Shown one piece after another: positions 38,437-51,888 of a DNA stretch of 64,000 nt (position 1 is its first letter; each line of letters begins with the position of its first letter). The stretch comes from Amphiscolops sp. MND2022. Its lineage: Eukaryota. Made by a program: the position numbers and the translations under genes. Location of the stretch: NCBI GenBank assembly GCA_964187785.1, contig OZ076409.1:23376001-23440000 (forward strand), given 5' to 3'. Under the pieces are notes generated by a model. It ran no database searches and was not told the DNA's origin. It saw nothing but the letters and a program-made list of their open reading frames with translations.

Positions 38437-41400
38437 ATGCCTGATGACCGCAGGAGTCATCTCACCACATCCAACCATGGTGGTGACCGTGATAATGATG
38501 ACAACCAGACTTTCCAGAGCATTCTAGATATTCTTCCGCGAGGGGACGACGGAGGCGTGCAAGCTGCTCCTAAAACAGCATCTGGCGCTGGAAGACGGCG
38601 CTCAACTAAAGCTCGGAACAAGCGTCTGTCTGCATTGGCTCCCCTCATTTTCGTCGTTTTGGTCGCATTGCTTTTGATCATTTTCATTATTTTAGGTTAA
38701 GAAATCAATCGAACCTAGTAGTAAACCAGTATTTACCGGTCAAACCCAAGAGATCAATCCCCATAATTTCCGGTTCTGAAAATTTGCCTCTTGGCTGCAG
38801 TTAGTTGAAGTGTACGATTAAAGTTGTAAGTAAAGTTGAAACAAGACGAACATCTAAATACGACGTCTCTTTTTTATGGCTCAAAAAACAGTTGTGGATC
38901 TTACGGAAAAATTCGGAAATTATTCAGAAGGCCTCGAAAAAATGCTCTCAGCTCCCCTATAGATAACATCAGAAAAAGTGGTGAAAAAAGTGTAAAAGTC
39001 GGACACCTTAAAGAGGGGACCCTCTAACCTTGCGAACAGGCTGTTTTTAACTTGAAAACCTCGAAACGGGAACCTTTTTGCCTTGTCTATCTTTGCAAGC
39101 GTAAAATACTTTAGAACAGCGTGGGATTCGAACAAATGATTCGTGTGTCCCAGCTACTGATTCGTCTGTCCGCCATTTCAAAAAATCACGAAATAATTGC
39201 CCAGGGCTTGAAAATAGTTCACTTTCAGCTGCTGGACCTCTGCATGCCCGTTGTACCGTTAGCATCGTTGTCAAGAGGAGTTGTAAAGTAGCTAAGAAGA
39301 CTTTGGAAAAACTGTTGGAGGCTTTAGAATCAGCGTGTTACGACGATTTGTCCGACTGCGAGTACAGACTTTTTCGAACGTTAGTTTAGGCTTTCTTTGA
39401 GCATCCTTTTCAAGATTTACTCTCTAAGCTGATTAGAAGCAAAACTAGAAGTAGAGATTGTTTGCGAAGTCTTGTTAGTTTACCTTTACAATTCTGAACT
39501 GAATTATAATTTTCTGAATAAACCGAGATGAAACTATGCAACTTATATATGCTTGGCATTATTTTTTGGGGCTGTTCAAGAAACGATAAACTGCTGTTTG
39601 AGGAATTTTAGCTTTCTGTTAAATGCATGCTTTAGGAAAATGAATAACCGGCCTTTTAGCAGATTTCTCGGTAGCTAGTTTTTCATATTTTGGTCCTTTT
39701 CGCTTTTCTCTTTGTACATGCCTTTGATGAGCTAGGAGTGATGAGCAATATAATGGTTGCCTTCGATACTATTTCAATGAATATATGAACTTTAGCTGAT
39801 TTAACGTTGAATTTCTGTTTGAACATTAAGTTGGTCGTCACTGCATTAGTGTAATTTAGCAATTACATTCTATTTCAAAAAGATGTGCATGTTTTTGACA
39901 TCGCTCTCTTAGGTCTCTCGTCTTATACACAAAACTACAGTATACAGAAAGCGTTTCAGATTTGTTGAATGTTCTTTGTTCTGCTAATTTTAACATTTTT
40001 GGCCTGCAATCAATCGCATGAATCTTTGTTTCGTCTAGAAATTTCCTGTTTAAAATTCCATCCGAGTTTGTTCCTTTCCCATCGTAGAAAAAAGCCAATA
40101 TAGGTATTGTAGATACAGATGTGAACTGTGTTGAACTGGACATTAAAGTTTCGTATTGCACTCTTATACTATGAATCATGTGTCTTACATAAGGTTTTAT
40201 GACCTAGAACCGTTATATTTTCAAGTTTTGTTTCCAAAGCTAAAGTTTTCAAGTTTTTATGAACATTGAATAACTGAAAATATATAGACAATTACTTATG
40301 GAAGTGATGATGGTTCAGAATTTTCAAACGTTTAGTGAATCGAGCCATTGACACGAGAGATGTGCTGAGTTTTTGTTGTCAGTTGGAAGACTTGGATCTC
40401 CATATAACAGGATTGTATTGGATACAAGACTTTTTTTGCTTCGTATGATGTCGTTTATCAATATTGCTGCATAAGCCATGTCACGCCGAAAAATTTTGAA
40501 ATTTTCGATGTGGAAAGATTTTTAATCATCAACGAACCTTTTCAACGCAGTCATAATCAGATCTAAATTTATTCTGTTAATAGAAAGCTGGAGGGTGTTG
40601 ACTAATTAATCCTTCGCGGACATTTGACTACATTCAAATGAGCGAATGCAAAAAGTCAATAACACTTTATAGTAGTATTTTTTTTCGTTTGGGGGTTTCT
40701 TCTCCTTTAATCAATAAACAAAGCTTATAGTGCAAGAGTTGAATGCTTTCAGCAAAACTTATACTATTTTAAGGGACTATTTTTGTCTTTTTTGGTTATT
40801 TCATTTCCATGTGCCTTCAATACCCTAGTTGAGACTGCAGTAACTTTTTACATGCTGCAGGCCTGCATGCAGGGTAATTTTTTATGAAACCTAGAAAATT
40901 CAGTGACATTTCAGGCGGTAAATCTTGGAGAATTACACTGCATTTTCCACTACTGCAATTAAATTTGAAAATAAATACAACATCATCACCGACACGACTT
41001 TGTATTTACACTTTGTTTTCTCAACAACTGATGTGATCACCGCGTCTCAAATAGGACGCTAAACATGACGCTACTTTGCAGTTTATTACGTGACTGAAGT
41101 TATTTTGCATTAAAATGGCTGTTGAACTGTTGAAGCTTTTAAAATAAACAGCTTCTTTAAGAAACCTGCAAAACTTCAAAGACTAAAATTGCCGCCAAAA
41201 CTTTGATGAATCTTTCAAGCAGCTTGATAAAAGTCGAATACAACAGGTAAATATTTTCGCATTAAAGTTTCCGTAAGAGTTTTAGAAAATCATAATAAAA
41301 GTTGCTGGCAACATTAAAGTACATGCAAAAAGTTCAAGGAGTTTCAACCAGGGTATTTATCCCTCTATCATGTTTTTGATTAAGACGCTCCTTCCTATGT

Positions 41401-42462
41401 TTTCTCATTCAGTGAATGCAAACAGGCAGGCATTTTAAAACCATGTTCGTGTAAAACTAGCGGCCCTCGATTGAAAGCTTCCGTCAACGAAAGCAAATTT
41501 GACCAAAATATTGTAACCAATTAGCTGTCAGTTGAACACTCGACTTCAAATATTTATTCCCGCTATGTTCGATCAGAATTTTTGCAGTCTATATTTTGAG
41601 CCGGTGATACGGGAAATGGAAAACGCCCTCAATGAAGCGCTGAACTATACAGCGGCAAGAATCGTGAGAGTTGCAATGAGAGAGTAGTAAGTATCTCGTC
41701 AAAACTTTGTTTTAAAAATGGTTTATTTTTGCCAGGAGTGACAACAACATACAAGCTTATGGCTATAATCAAAAGAAAGCCACTAAGTACTGCATCGACC
41801 TGGCGTTCGCCGAGAGCTCAGGCGCTACATGCAAGATCGAAGCCCACTCTTACGCATGTCTCTTTTACATGATGCGTGACCAGGGACAGTGTTACATTGC
41901 TTAAAAAAGTTTACAAATAGTCCAGCCATTGGAGGTTTCAAACCAATTTGGTTAAACCGATAAATGATTAGAAGTCAACACATTTTTGGTGGTACTGAAA
42001 TCAAGTCATAATTCTCAATTCATAAGTGATTTTTAGGTAGTTTCAACAAGGCACAAACATATAGGTTAGGAAAGATTTTTGGACTAGTGTTTTTTTCTCT
42101 GAATACCAGTTTCAAAAATGGTTTAACCATGTAATTGTGAAAAGCGCTTAACCAATGATCTTTTTAGCCAATTTTTTTGGCATTTGGTTCAGCAATTTAT
42201 TTGAGCATGTAATTCTGATCAGGGATACAACCTGTGTATTCTGCACAATCTCTTTGCCGAAGCCACTGTTCGTGCCAGTTTGGATGTGGCGAGTTCTGAA
42301 ACCACAGAAGACCAATGTTCTGAATATCACCAATCAAAGTGTGCTAACTTCCAAGAAGTCTTGTCTGGTTTTCAAGCCTCAGTCGCTGAAGAAGCAGAGA
42401 CAACTAAAACTAGTCGCCAATCTGCATCTTCGACTACAACAGCCCCAACCACCTCGGCATAG
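38437..42462 (+). CDS. Multi-exon gene for uncharacterised type-II membrane protein with Cys-containing ectodomain (exons ~38437-38695, 39115-39379, 41736-41883, 42223-42462)
   Basis: The TM segment ends at a GTTAAG donor. Phase-compatible GT-AG joins give IIL-EQRG and RT-SDNN. Ectodomain reads HARCTVSIVVKRSC...KYCIDLAF...CKIEAHS...DQGYNLCILHNLF. The last junction is non-canonical, and extra exons (e.g. 41588-41686) are possible. Confidence 0.6.
41887..42217. mobile_element. hAT-type MITE inserted in coding sequence
   Basis: ~25-bp imperfect TIRs CAGTGTTACATTGCTTAAA and rc CAGAATTACATGCTCAAA; 8-bp TSD ACCAGGGA (41879-41886) / ATCAGGGA (42218-42225). Confidence 0.72.
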
Positions 42463-42829
42463 GAAGCTCAGTTTTGACTGTATTAGACGTTCAGTTGTTG
42501 CGTAAAAGGGTGCTGATCAGTGATTTACACGTTTACAGTGCAGGTGTGAAAATGCGCGTAAAGAATGTCATTCTCTTGAAAGCGTCACCGTATTGAAATT
42601 TTGCTGTTTCTCTGATTAGCTACGGATTCCAGTACAATTTACAAATAGAAGCGAGAAAAACTAAATTTACTTAGGTTCTACCGTGAAATCTCTTTGCTGG
42701 ATACAGAAGATCGCAAAACCTTGAAAGCAGCTTTATGTAAAAGGGTTTTTAGCGACCTTGTTCTTCTTGGTTCATCAAAGCGAAACTTTCCGGGATTCAT
42801 TTTTAGTCAGCGCTTTTCTTGGGGAAAGA

Positions 42830-43241
42830 GTCGACTATAGTCATGGCTTTTCGTCAGTGTTTTTTTTTCGATACACCTGAAGTGACCAAAATAGTTCTAC
42901 CAAAAGTTCTACAAAATTTTAAATTGTACCTGTTGGCCCATCGAACAACCAAAAAGGTTTTCCCTTTTTCCGCGTAACATACAACACCGGGCGAGACTAA
43001 ATGGTCTCCCTCTCGAGTTTTTCGGCATTGTGGGACTTCTCCTCTTCATTTTTTTTGGATTTTGCGTAAGAATGGATGTTGAAAAATCCCAAAGGGTCCG
43101 CCCTTTCAGTTTTTTTACCGACATTGTGAGACTTTTTTTCATCAAAGTGTCCCCAATTCACCAATACTTTGGCACTTTGAAGTCCTTTTGCTATTTTTGA
43201 GCCTTGGATATGGCGCCGACTTGGGCCGGTCCCGGCTTGTT
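42830..43241 (+). repeat. Dispersed Helitron/Helentron-like repeat copy
   Basis: Ends GGCGCCGACTTGG-GCCGG TC CCGGC-TTGTT. Its 5' part recurs at ~44030-44280 and, inverted, at ~61300-61490. Confidence 0.55.
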
Positions 43242-44287
43242 TATAATCGACGCGGTTTAAGCGATAAGCTGAATGATGTTGACGGTTGCAAGAAATACGA
43301 TGCAAAGTTTCAAGCGTTTAAATCACTTGTTGCGATGACTTTTCAAATCACGATTTGATGCGTGACAATGAAGTACCTGAATATTACTGAACTTGTAAAT
43401 GTTGCTCAATGTTTTTGACGTTGGATCTGGAGATACTTTTGTTTTTTTTTATGCTCGGCTGGCAAGAATTTCGAATCCTTGGCGAAGCCTGGAATGTTCA
43501 GATCAGTCGCCAGATACTGAATTCATAAGACCACATTTTCATGAACGTGAATTAAGCACGCTTCGTGACAAGTTGATTTAATTTCATTCGAAACTGATTG
43601 TTTATACATCTATGGAACCTTCAGTTGCATATACTTCACATTAAACCATGCCGTATGTGAACTAATAGTGCTCATTGGCCTCGTTGTTGGGTTGCTTGAC
43701 CAATATCCATGGTTAAGAGTTCTTGATTTATTGACTACCAATAAATTCCAAACTAAATATATACCATCAAATCTTTCATCAGTAGTAGCACGAAGAAATT
43801 ACCATCGCCTCACAACCAAGAGAGTTCTAGCTATTGTTAGAGTCAACATTCCTTGCGCATAGTTCCTCTTTTCTTACTCTCGTCTGTTATTCTCTTTGAT
43901 CGGATTTTGAATCAATCGAGTTAGTAAATCTTTTTGGTACCGCTTCAAATTTTATTCTAATACATTGTAGGCAGAAACCTAAAATTGAAACTTGATGCAA
44001 TAATTTTTAGTCGGCGCTTCAGTCGGCGTGAAACGCGACTAATATAGTGATTTTTTTCAATCCACACGAACTGACCAAAATAGTTCTTGAAAGTTCTACA
44101 AAATTTTATGGTCCCAAATTGAATCATTTGGCCTAGCGAACTGAACCAAAAAGGTTGTTCCTCTTTTTCCGCGTAACATACAACACCGGGTCCCCTCTTT
44201 CAGTTTTTTCGGCATTGAGACTTTTTTCGGAATTTTTTTTCCACCAAAGGGTCCCTCTTCAACTTTTTTAATGTTTTGCGAGTCTTC

Positions 44288-44357
44288 GGCGCTTTGGTTC
44301 AGTGGACTAGTGTCACGGGATACCGGACAGGCCGTTGGTACGAATCCCGCGCAGGAT
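44288..44357 (+). pseudogene. tRNA-derived head (SINE-like / tRNA pseudogene)
   Basis: A-box TGGTTCAGTGG (44295-44305) and B-box-like GGTACGAATCC (44337-44347) at tRNA-like spacing. No clean cloverleaf. Confidence 0.45.
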
Positions 44358-44788
44358 TGAAAATTTTTTGCAATTGACTAAGTCAATGCTCTTCGGCATT
44401 TTGCTACTTTTCGGGAGGAAAAATTGAGTTTTCAATGTTTACAGTAATGGAAAGTGTGTTTTTTCAAGAGTGCTTCATTGGGGGTATTTTCTGGAACTAT
44501 GAGATTGATAAGAGTTTTTGCATCATTCTCCTCGATCATACTTGGAAAACTTAAAAAAAAATACTTGGAAAACAATTAAAGTGGTCAAATTGTAAACTTC
44601 CAATCATATCGAGTGTTGGTTGAACTTATGTAGGCTTCATTTGCTTACCCAGAGTATTTTGTGACCGTGCATGTTAATCCATTGCTTCTACACCTTAAAT
44701 GGAAGTAATTTTCCGTTAAATCTCTACAGCTTTCACTCGAATCCTAGATCAGTGGTATCTGACGTGGTGACTCATTTTCAGCTTAGTT

Positions 44789-46432
44789 ATGGGCGACATC
44801 TCCGATGACGAGAAGAAGGAGTTGATACACGAACTCCTGCTTCAGACTCCTCCGGGTGAGTTCAGCTCCACGTTCAATGACGTCAGGAGAATCGTGGACA
44901 ACGATGCCTTAATGAAACAGTGTGCCAGGTCTTACATGGAGTACTGGGTAGAACAACAGACCCCTGTCACAGTCGAAGGCGAGTCTGTGTGTCTCTCGAG
45001 AGAAGCCCGCCAGCCAGACGGTTCCTTCTTAGCTCCCGACTCCAAGAAATTATTCACTCTAGACCCTATGCGCAAGGAGACAGCTGTGGTTGGGGATTCC
45101 ACCAGCACCGACCACGAAGCTTTCCGCTCCTCACTTGCCGAAAAAGTGAAGAATTACGTGAAAGATCACTATACCAACGGATCTGTCAGCGTGCTGGCTA
45201 AAACCAATGCTCAAGATTTGCCCGAATTGTGTATCGCTATTGAATCTCACCAGGCATGTGCAAGATATAACCTGGCTTTTGCTCAACTGCTTGCCATAAT
45301 TGCAAATCAGGGTATCTTATTTTTGATTTCGATGTACTTGTTTTGGTATGTCGAAATGAGCTAGTAGTTCAGCTATTTGCGACTTGAACAGTTCCAAAAC
45401 AAGGGTACCAAAATATGACGACAGTTGATTCTGGTGGCGAAAAACTGCCAGGCGCGTGATCTCTGTTTTGCATATGAATTACAAATATTACAAGGGCCAG
45501 AATTGCCAAGATTCCTTTACTTCGGAAACTAGTGAAAGTTGTAAAGTCCATATCACCGTCACGTGCAAGTCGCAAGATCTGGGAACTTGCTTGCGGGGAT
45601 ATGTATCGTAATGGTAGTTTCGAGAAATTCGAAAAACCACTTTGATTTTTAAAAAATTCAAAGCAAGTTTGTAGCGTTGACTGTTTTCACATTTTTTCAA
45701 TTCTAAAAACTTCGTGAAACAACGGCAAGTTGCCTCTGAGGCCCTGATTTTGAATGAAGTAAAATGTTATCTCTCGCCAACCAATGGTAATGAAGTGTCT
45801 AAATATATTATTATTCAAGTTTCTTTGACAATATTCATCAGTTAACCGAAAGGATTAGCAAGGTCAAAGAGGATCCGGAACGACACATTCAGTGTCAATA
45901 ATGTTCGATCCTTTAGAAAAAGGTAAAAACCTACGTTTTGTTTCGAAAAACAGGAAAAAACTTCAATTTAAAAGAGAATTTTTAGGGGCTTCTTGGTATG
46001 TATGGTCTAAGTAATACCGTGTATCATTCTCACATGCCTGGGTGTGTTTAGTACATGCTCAACAATTTTTACACAGCCAACTGGCGCGAGCTGTGGAATG
46101 TGGTGGTGGATCAATCTAGCGGATCTGCTGAACTGAAGGGCGTGATCAAAGTGCAGGTCCATTACTACGAGGAGGGCAACGTGCAAAAGATGTCGAGAAA
46201 GCAGTTTTCTTCCACAGTGTCTTTTACCAGCGAGGAGTCGTTAGCGGCTAACGTTGCAGACAGAATACAGGAAATGACGAATGAATATCAACGATGTATC
46301 GTGAGGATATACGACACGTTCCAGTCGGGCACTTTCAAGCAACTTCGAAGGGCTCTGCCCATCACACATTCCAAAATAAACTGGGATCAAATGGCTTCCT
46401 ACAAAATTGGAGCCGAGTTGAAAAACCAGTGA
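44789..46432 (+). CDS. CAPZA: F-actin capping protein subunit alpha; exons 44789-45253 and 46052-46432
   Basis: PPGEF...FNDVR, YVKDHY, IESHQ|YMLNNFYTANWR, VQVHYYEEGNVQ, FKQLRRALPIT..KINW...YKIG. Confidence 0.95.
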
Positions 46433-47940
46433 CACAGTTGAAATTGTGACATGAAATATAATAGATTTGTTATATGAGTTGAATACAATTAATTCGAATA
46501 ATCGACCCAGTTTTTACCATCTTGGTACAAACATTTTGCCTTGGTACAAACAAAAATATTTCCATCTCATCCAGGAAAAGTTTCGACCATGACTAAGAAC
46601 GATATCATGCTATCAAGATGGTAATAGTTGCTGTGATGATTAATTATGGTATTACGTCAAATTGCTTTTGGGTTTGAAAAAAGTTGGATTGATCAGGGAT
46701 TGTGTTCAGCAATTTGAGAATGCTTGCGATTTACGAGGTCAATCATGTTACCCTTAAAAGGTGCTTCTACTGCAACTATACTGGAGCGTGTTGGGATCGA
46801 TCAGGTCAACTTGGTTGACTCAAATTGAGCCAAACCGATGATATGTAATTTTTGATATTGCAAAATCTTGGAAACTTTCCTGTTGACTTGACCGCGAACC
46901 TTGTATAATTTCGGAATTCATTGCTTTTCTTGATAATTTTTCGCGATGCACACTTTTGCCTAATATATTTCCTTTATCTTGTTCAACAATAAGATCGTAT
47001 TCCATAAAAGATCACGGTAAACAAACAAATAATGCTGCTTCTTTTCCTTCTCCTGTGCCCCTAGAACTACTCTTTCCAAAGTGGGCCATTTGAATTGTCA
47101 GTATCCTTGTTTTATGTAATTTTTGATTATTAGATATTTTCCGGGATATTGCTTTATGACTGTTAACCCATCCACTTCAAAAAGCAAGTTTTCGGCTCAT
47201 TTTTTTGGTACGTTCAGCCGGAATGTTTGAGAAGAAATTCCAAAAAATCCCAAACCTGTTTCAAATGCCAAATCATATTTCAAACGATCGATATTTTGAT
47301 TTTGAGGGAAAGATTTTTTTCCAATCTTCGATAGTGTTTTTTAGCATTTCTCAGTTCAAAGTCGCCCGCTTGAAAATCTCCATTTAAGCCCCTGTTCCCA
47401 TAGCCCCTCTCAACCTCAAAATCCTGCGAATTTAGATTGTGTTGATTAAACAAATCGATTATTTCTACGTATGGCTTTGCAAAATTTGTTACGCAACTGA
47501 TGCATTTATTACGTGATGTGTTCTTCTAGCTATTACAACATCTAAACGAAATGGTGTTCAGCAATCAACTGTGTTGATAAATTACCTGTCGTTAAGTCTT
47601 CTTATGCTTGTTGTAAAATAATGATTTAAAATCAACTAGAATTGAATTCTATTTCCGTTATTGCTTTTTGATTCTAGACAACCACCACATAGTTATCACA
47701 TCGTTTTCAAACGAGCATGCAATTTTTGCATTTTTTCAATATTCCGACAAATCGTGCGTTGAATCTACTAATCGAGAAGCTGGTAGAATTATTTTTCCAT
47801 TGTTAAAAAATTTTCGAGTTAATGTTTACTCGAGCCTGACAAGGTTTTAATTTGCGAATCATTTGTAGATAAAACTTCTGGACGAGATTTCTTTTCATAA
47901 TGAGAGTTGCTATTTAATCTTCAAATTGACGTGGAATGTC

Positions 47941-50900
47941 TGCACCAGTGTAATGAGATACCATAGTATTTCATAAGGGATGTGCAAAAATCATTTCGCT
48001 GCTCCAGGAAGGTATATTGTCTTCGTTGGAAAGTGGTACACTGCTAATCACAAGACAAGATACATCGCATTTGGGTCTTTCGAGCATCGAAAACTCTGGT
48101 ATCTTTCTTGCCAGTAAAAGAATCTTTTTAGCTATTTCGTTTAATTTCCATTAACATGTGCACTAGTGTAATGAGATACCCTAGTATTTCATAAGGGATG
48201 TGCAAAAATCATTTCGCTGACCCTCGAAGGTGATCGTCTTCGTTGGAAGGTGGTACATTGCTAATCACAAGATAACATTTACCCTCGCATTTGGGTCTTT
48301 CAAGTAATGAATACTCTTGTAGAGATTTTATTTTCTTTAGATAAATTTTTTTTGGCTGCTTCCATTAGCTTCCGTTGACTTATGCACTAGTGTAATGAGA
48401 TACCTTAGTATTTCATAAGGGATGTGCAAAAATCATTTCGCTGCTCCAGGAAGGTATATTGTCTTCGTTGGAAAGTGGTACACTGCTAATCACAAGTTAA
48501 CATACCTCGCATTTGAGTCTTTCAAGCATTGAATACTCGGGTATCTTTTTTCCATTAAAAGAATCTTTTTGGCTAGTTCGTTTAATTTCCATTAACATGT
48601 TCACTAGTGTAATGAGATACCTTAGTATTTCATAAGGGATGTGCAAAAATCATTTCGCTGCTCCAGGAAGGTATATTGTCTTCGTTGGAAAGTGGTACAC
48701 TGCTAATCACAAGACAAGATACATTGCATTTGGGTCTTCCGAGCATCGAAAACTCTGGTATCTTTCTTGCCAGTAAAAGAATCTTTTTAGCTATTTCGTT
48801 TAATTTCCATTAACATGTGCACTAGTGTAATGAGATACCTTAGTATTTCATGAGGGATGTGCAAAAATCATTTCGCTGCTCCAGGAAGGTATATTGTCTT
48901 CGTTGGAAAGTGCTATACTGCTAATCAGAAGATAACATACATCGCATCTGGGTCTTTCGAGCATTGAATACTCTGGTATCTTTCTTGCCAGTAAAAGAAT
49001 CTTTTTAGCTATTTCGTTTAATTTCCAGTAACATGTGCACTAGTGTAATGAGATACCCTAGTATTTCATAAGGGATGTGCAAAAATCATTTCGCTGCTCC
49101 AGGAAGGTATATTGTCTTCGTTGGAAAGTGCTATACTGCTAATCACAAGATAACATACATCGCATTTGGGTCTTTCGAGCATTGAATACTCTGGTATCTT
49201 TCTTGCCAGTAAAAGAATCTTTTTGGCTATTTCGGTTAATTTCCAGTAACATGTTCACTAGTGCAATGAGATACCTTGGTATTTCATAAGGGATGTGCAA
49301 AAATCAATTCGCTGCTCCAGGAAGGTATATTGTTTTCGTTGGAAAAAGGTACACTGCTAATCACAAGATAACATACATCGCATTTGGGTCTTTCAAGCAT
49401 TGAATACTCTGGTATCTTTTTTCCATTAAAAGAATTTTTTGGCTATTCCGTTTGATTTCCAGTAACATGTGCACTAGTGTAATGAGATACCTTAGTATTT
49501 CATAAGGGATGTGCAAAAGTCTTTTCGCTGCTCCAGGAAGGTATATTGTCTTCGTTGGAAAGTGCTATACTGCTAATCACAAGATAACATACATCGCATC
49601 TGGGTCTTTCGAGCATTGAATACTCTGGTATCTTTCTTGCCAGTAAAAGAATCTTTTTAGCTATTTCGTTTAATTTCCAGTAACATGTGCACTAGTGTAA
49701 TGAGATACCCTAGTTTTTCATAAGGGATGTGCAAAAATCATTTCGCTGCTCCAGGAAGGTATATTGTCTTCGTTGGAAAGTGCTATACTGCTAATCACAA
49801 GATAACATACATCGCATCTGGGTCTTTCGAGCATTGAATACTCTGGTATCTTTCTTGCCAGTAAAAGAATCTTTTTAGCTATTTCGTTTAATTTCCAGTA
49901 ACATGTGCACTAGTGTAATGAGATACCCTAGTATTTCATAAGGGATGTGCAAATATCATTTCGCTGCTCCAGGAAGGTATATTGTCTTCGTTGGAAAGTG
50001 CTATACTGCTAATCACAAGATAACATACATCGCATTTGGGTCTTTCGAGCATTGAATACTCTGGTATCTTTCTTGCCAGTAAAAGAATCTTTTTGGCTAT
50101 TTCGGTTAATTTCCAGTAACATGTTCACTAGTGCAATGAGATACCTTGGTATTTCATAAGGGATGTGCAAAAATCAATTCGCTGCTCCAGGAAGGTATAT
50201 TGTTTTCGTTGGAAAAAGGTACACTGCTAATCACAAGATAACATACATCGCATTTGGGTCTTTCAAGCATTGAATACTCTGGTATCTTTTTTCCATTAAA
50301 AGAATTTTTTGGCTATTCCGTTTGATTTCCAGTAACATGTGCACTAGTGTAATGAGATACCTTTGTATTTCATAAGGGATGTGCAAAAATCTTTTCGCTG
50401 CTCCAGGAAGGTATATTGTATTCGTTGGAAAGTGCTATACTGCTAATCACAAGATAACATACATCGCATTTGGGTCTTTCGACCATTGAATACTCTGGTA
50501 TCTTTCTTGCCAGTAAAAGAATATTTCTGGCTATTTCGTTTAGTTTCCAGTAACATGTTCACTAGTGTAATGAGATACCTTGGTATTTCATAAGGGATGT
50601 GCAAAAATCAATTCGCTGCTCCAGGATGGTATATTGTTTTCGTTGGAAAAAGGTACACTGCTAATCACAAGATAACATACATCGCATTTGGGTCTTTCAA
50701 GCATTGAATACTCTGGTATCTTTTTTCCATTAAAAGAATCTTTTTGGCTATTCCGTTTGATTTCCAGTAACATGTGCACTAGTGTAATGAGATACCTTAG
50801 TAATTCATAAGGGATGTGCAAAAATCATTTCGCTGCTCCAGGAAGGTATATTGTCTTCGTTGGAAAGTGGTACACTGCTAATCACAAGTTAACATACCTC

Positions 50901-51460
50901 GCATTTGAGTCTTTCAAGCATTGATTACTCTGGTATCTTTTTTCCATCAAAAGAATCTTTTTGGCTTGTTCGTTTAATTTCCATTAACATGTTCACTAGT
51001 GTAATGAGATACTTTAGTGTTTCATAAGGAATGTGCAAAAATCGCATTTGGGTATTTCAAGCATTGAATACTCTGGTATCTTTTTTTCCATTAAAAGAAT
51101 CTTTTCGGCTGCTTCGATTAGTTTCCGTTGACTTACGCACTAGTGTAATGAGATACCTTAGTATTTCATAAGGGATGTGCAAAAATCATTTCGCTGATCC
51201 TCGAATATGATCGTCTTCGTTGGAAGGTGATACATTGCTAATCACAAGATAACATACCTCGCATTTGAGTGTTTCAAGCATTGAATTTTTTGGTATCTTT
51301 TTTCCATTAAAAAAATCTTTTTGGCTATTTCGTTTAATTTCCAGTAACATGCTCACTAGTGTAATGAGATACCTTAGTATTTCATAAGGGATGTGCATAA
51401 AAGATTTTCCTTCTCCGAAGGTTTCTCATCTTCACTGGAAGGTGGTTCATTGCACATCGG
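47941..51460. repeat. Tandem satellite, ~218-bp unit, ~16 copies
   Basis: CACTAGTGTAATGAGATACC anchor recurs at 48161, 48385, 48602, 48820, 49038, 49256, 49472, 49690, 49908, 50126, 50342, 50560, 50777, 50994, 51138 and 51353. Confidence 0.97.
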
Positions 51461-51838
51461 CCAACAACCTTACGATAAGTTGGCAAAACATAGCCCACTT
51501 TCTCATTTGGAATTAGAAGTTCGGGCACAGTAATCAATGCTGAGAAACGTTTAGTCTAAAAAGTTCAAATTCAATAACTAAAATTTGTTGTTGAGTTTTA
51601 TTTTAATTTAATTTAATATTCCATGATTTGACGCATGAACACTTTTATAAATACTGATGAAAACTTTTCATGATTATTGAATGACTTTTAGCGCGAAATA
51701 CTTTGACTCATTGTTTTTCTTGAAATCTTTGATATTAGTCACTTTGATCAAAAAGAGATTAATTCCGTCCAAGAATTTTTGCTATCAAGCTATAGCGTAA
51801 ACAAAGAGCAACTGCCAGTGCAGCAGAATTCTACATTT

Positions 51839-51859
51839 TGGTGACCCTCTCGACGTGAT
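51839..51859 (+). promoter_or_regulatory. PBS, tRNA-Trp type with 3-nt insertion
   Basis: TGGTGACCC-TCT-CGACGTGAT versus the tRNA-Trp complement TGGTGACCCCGACGTGAT. Confidence 0.8.
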
Positions 51860-51888
51860 ATTGGTTAGATCGTTCCTAATTCTTTCAT

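Noticed and set aside
45254..45364. Hydrophobic C-terminal extension of the CAPZA ORF
   Set aside because: Read-through into the GC-AG intron.
47941..51460. Tandem hammerhead ribozyme/retrozyme, 5S or snRNA array; ORFs 50588-50821 and 51186-51398
   Set aside because: No CUGANGA/GAAA core or recognisable RNA gene seen; the unit length is not a multiple of 3, so the ORFs are incidental.
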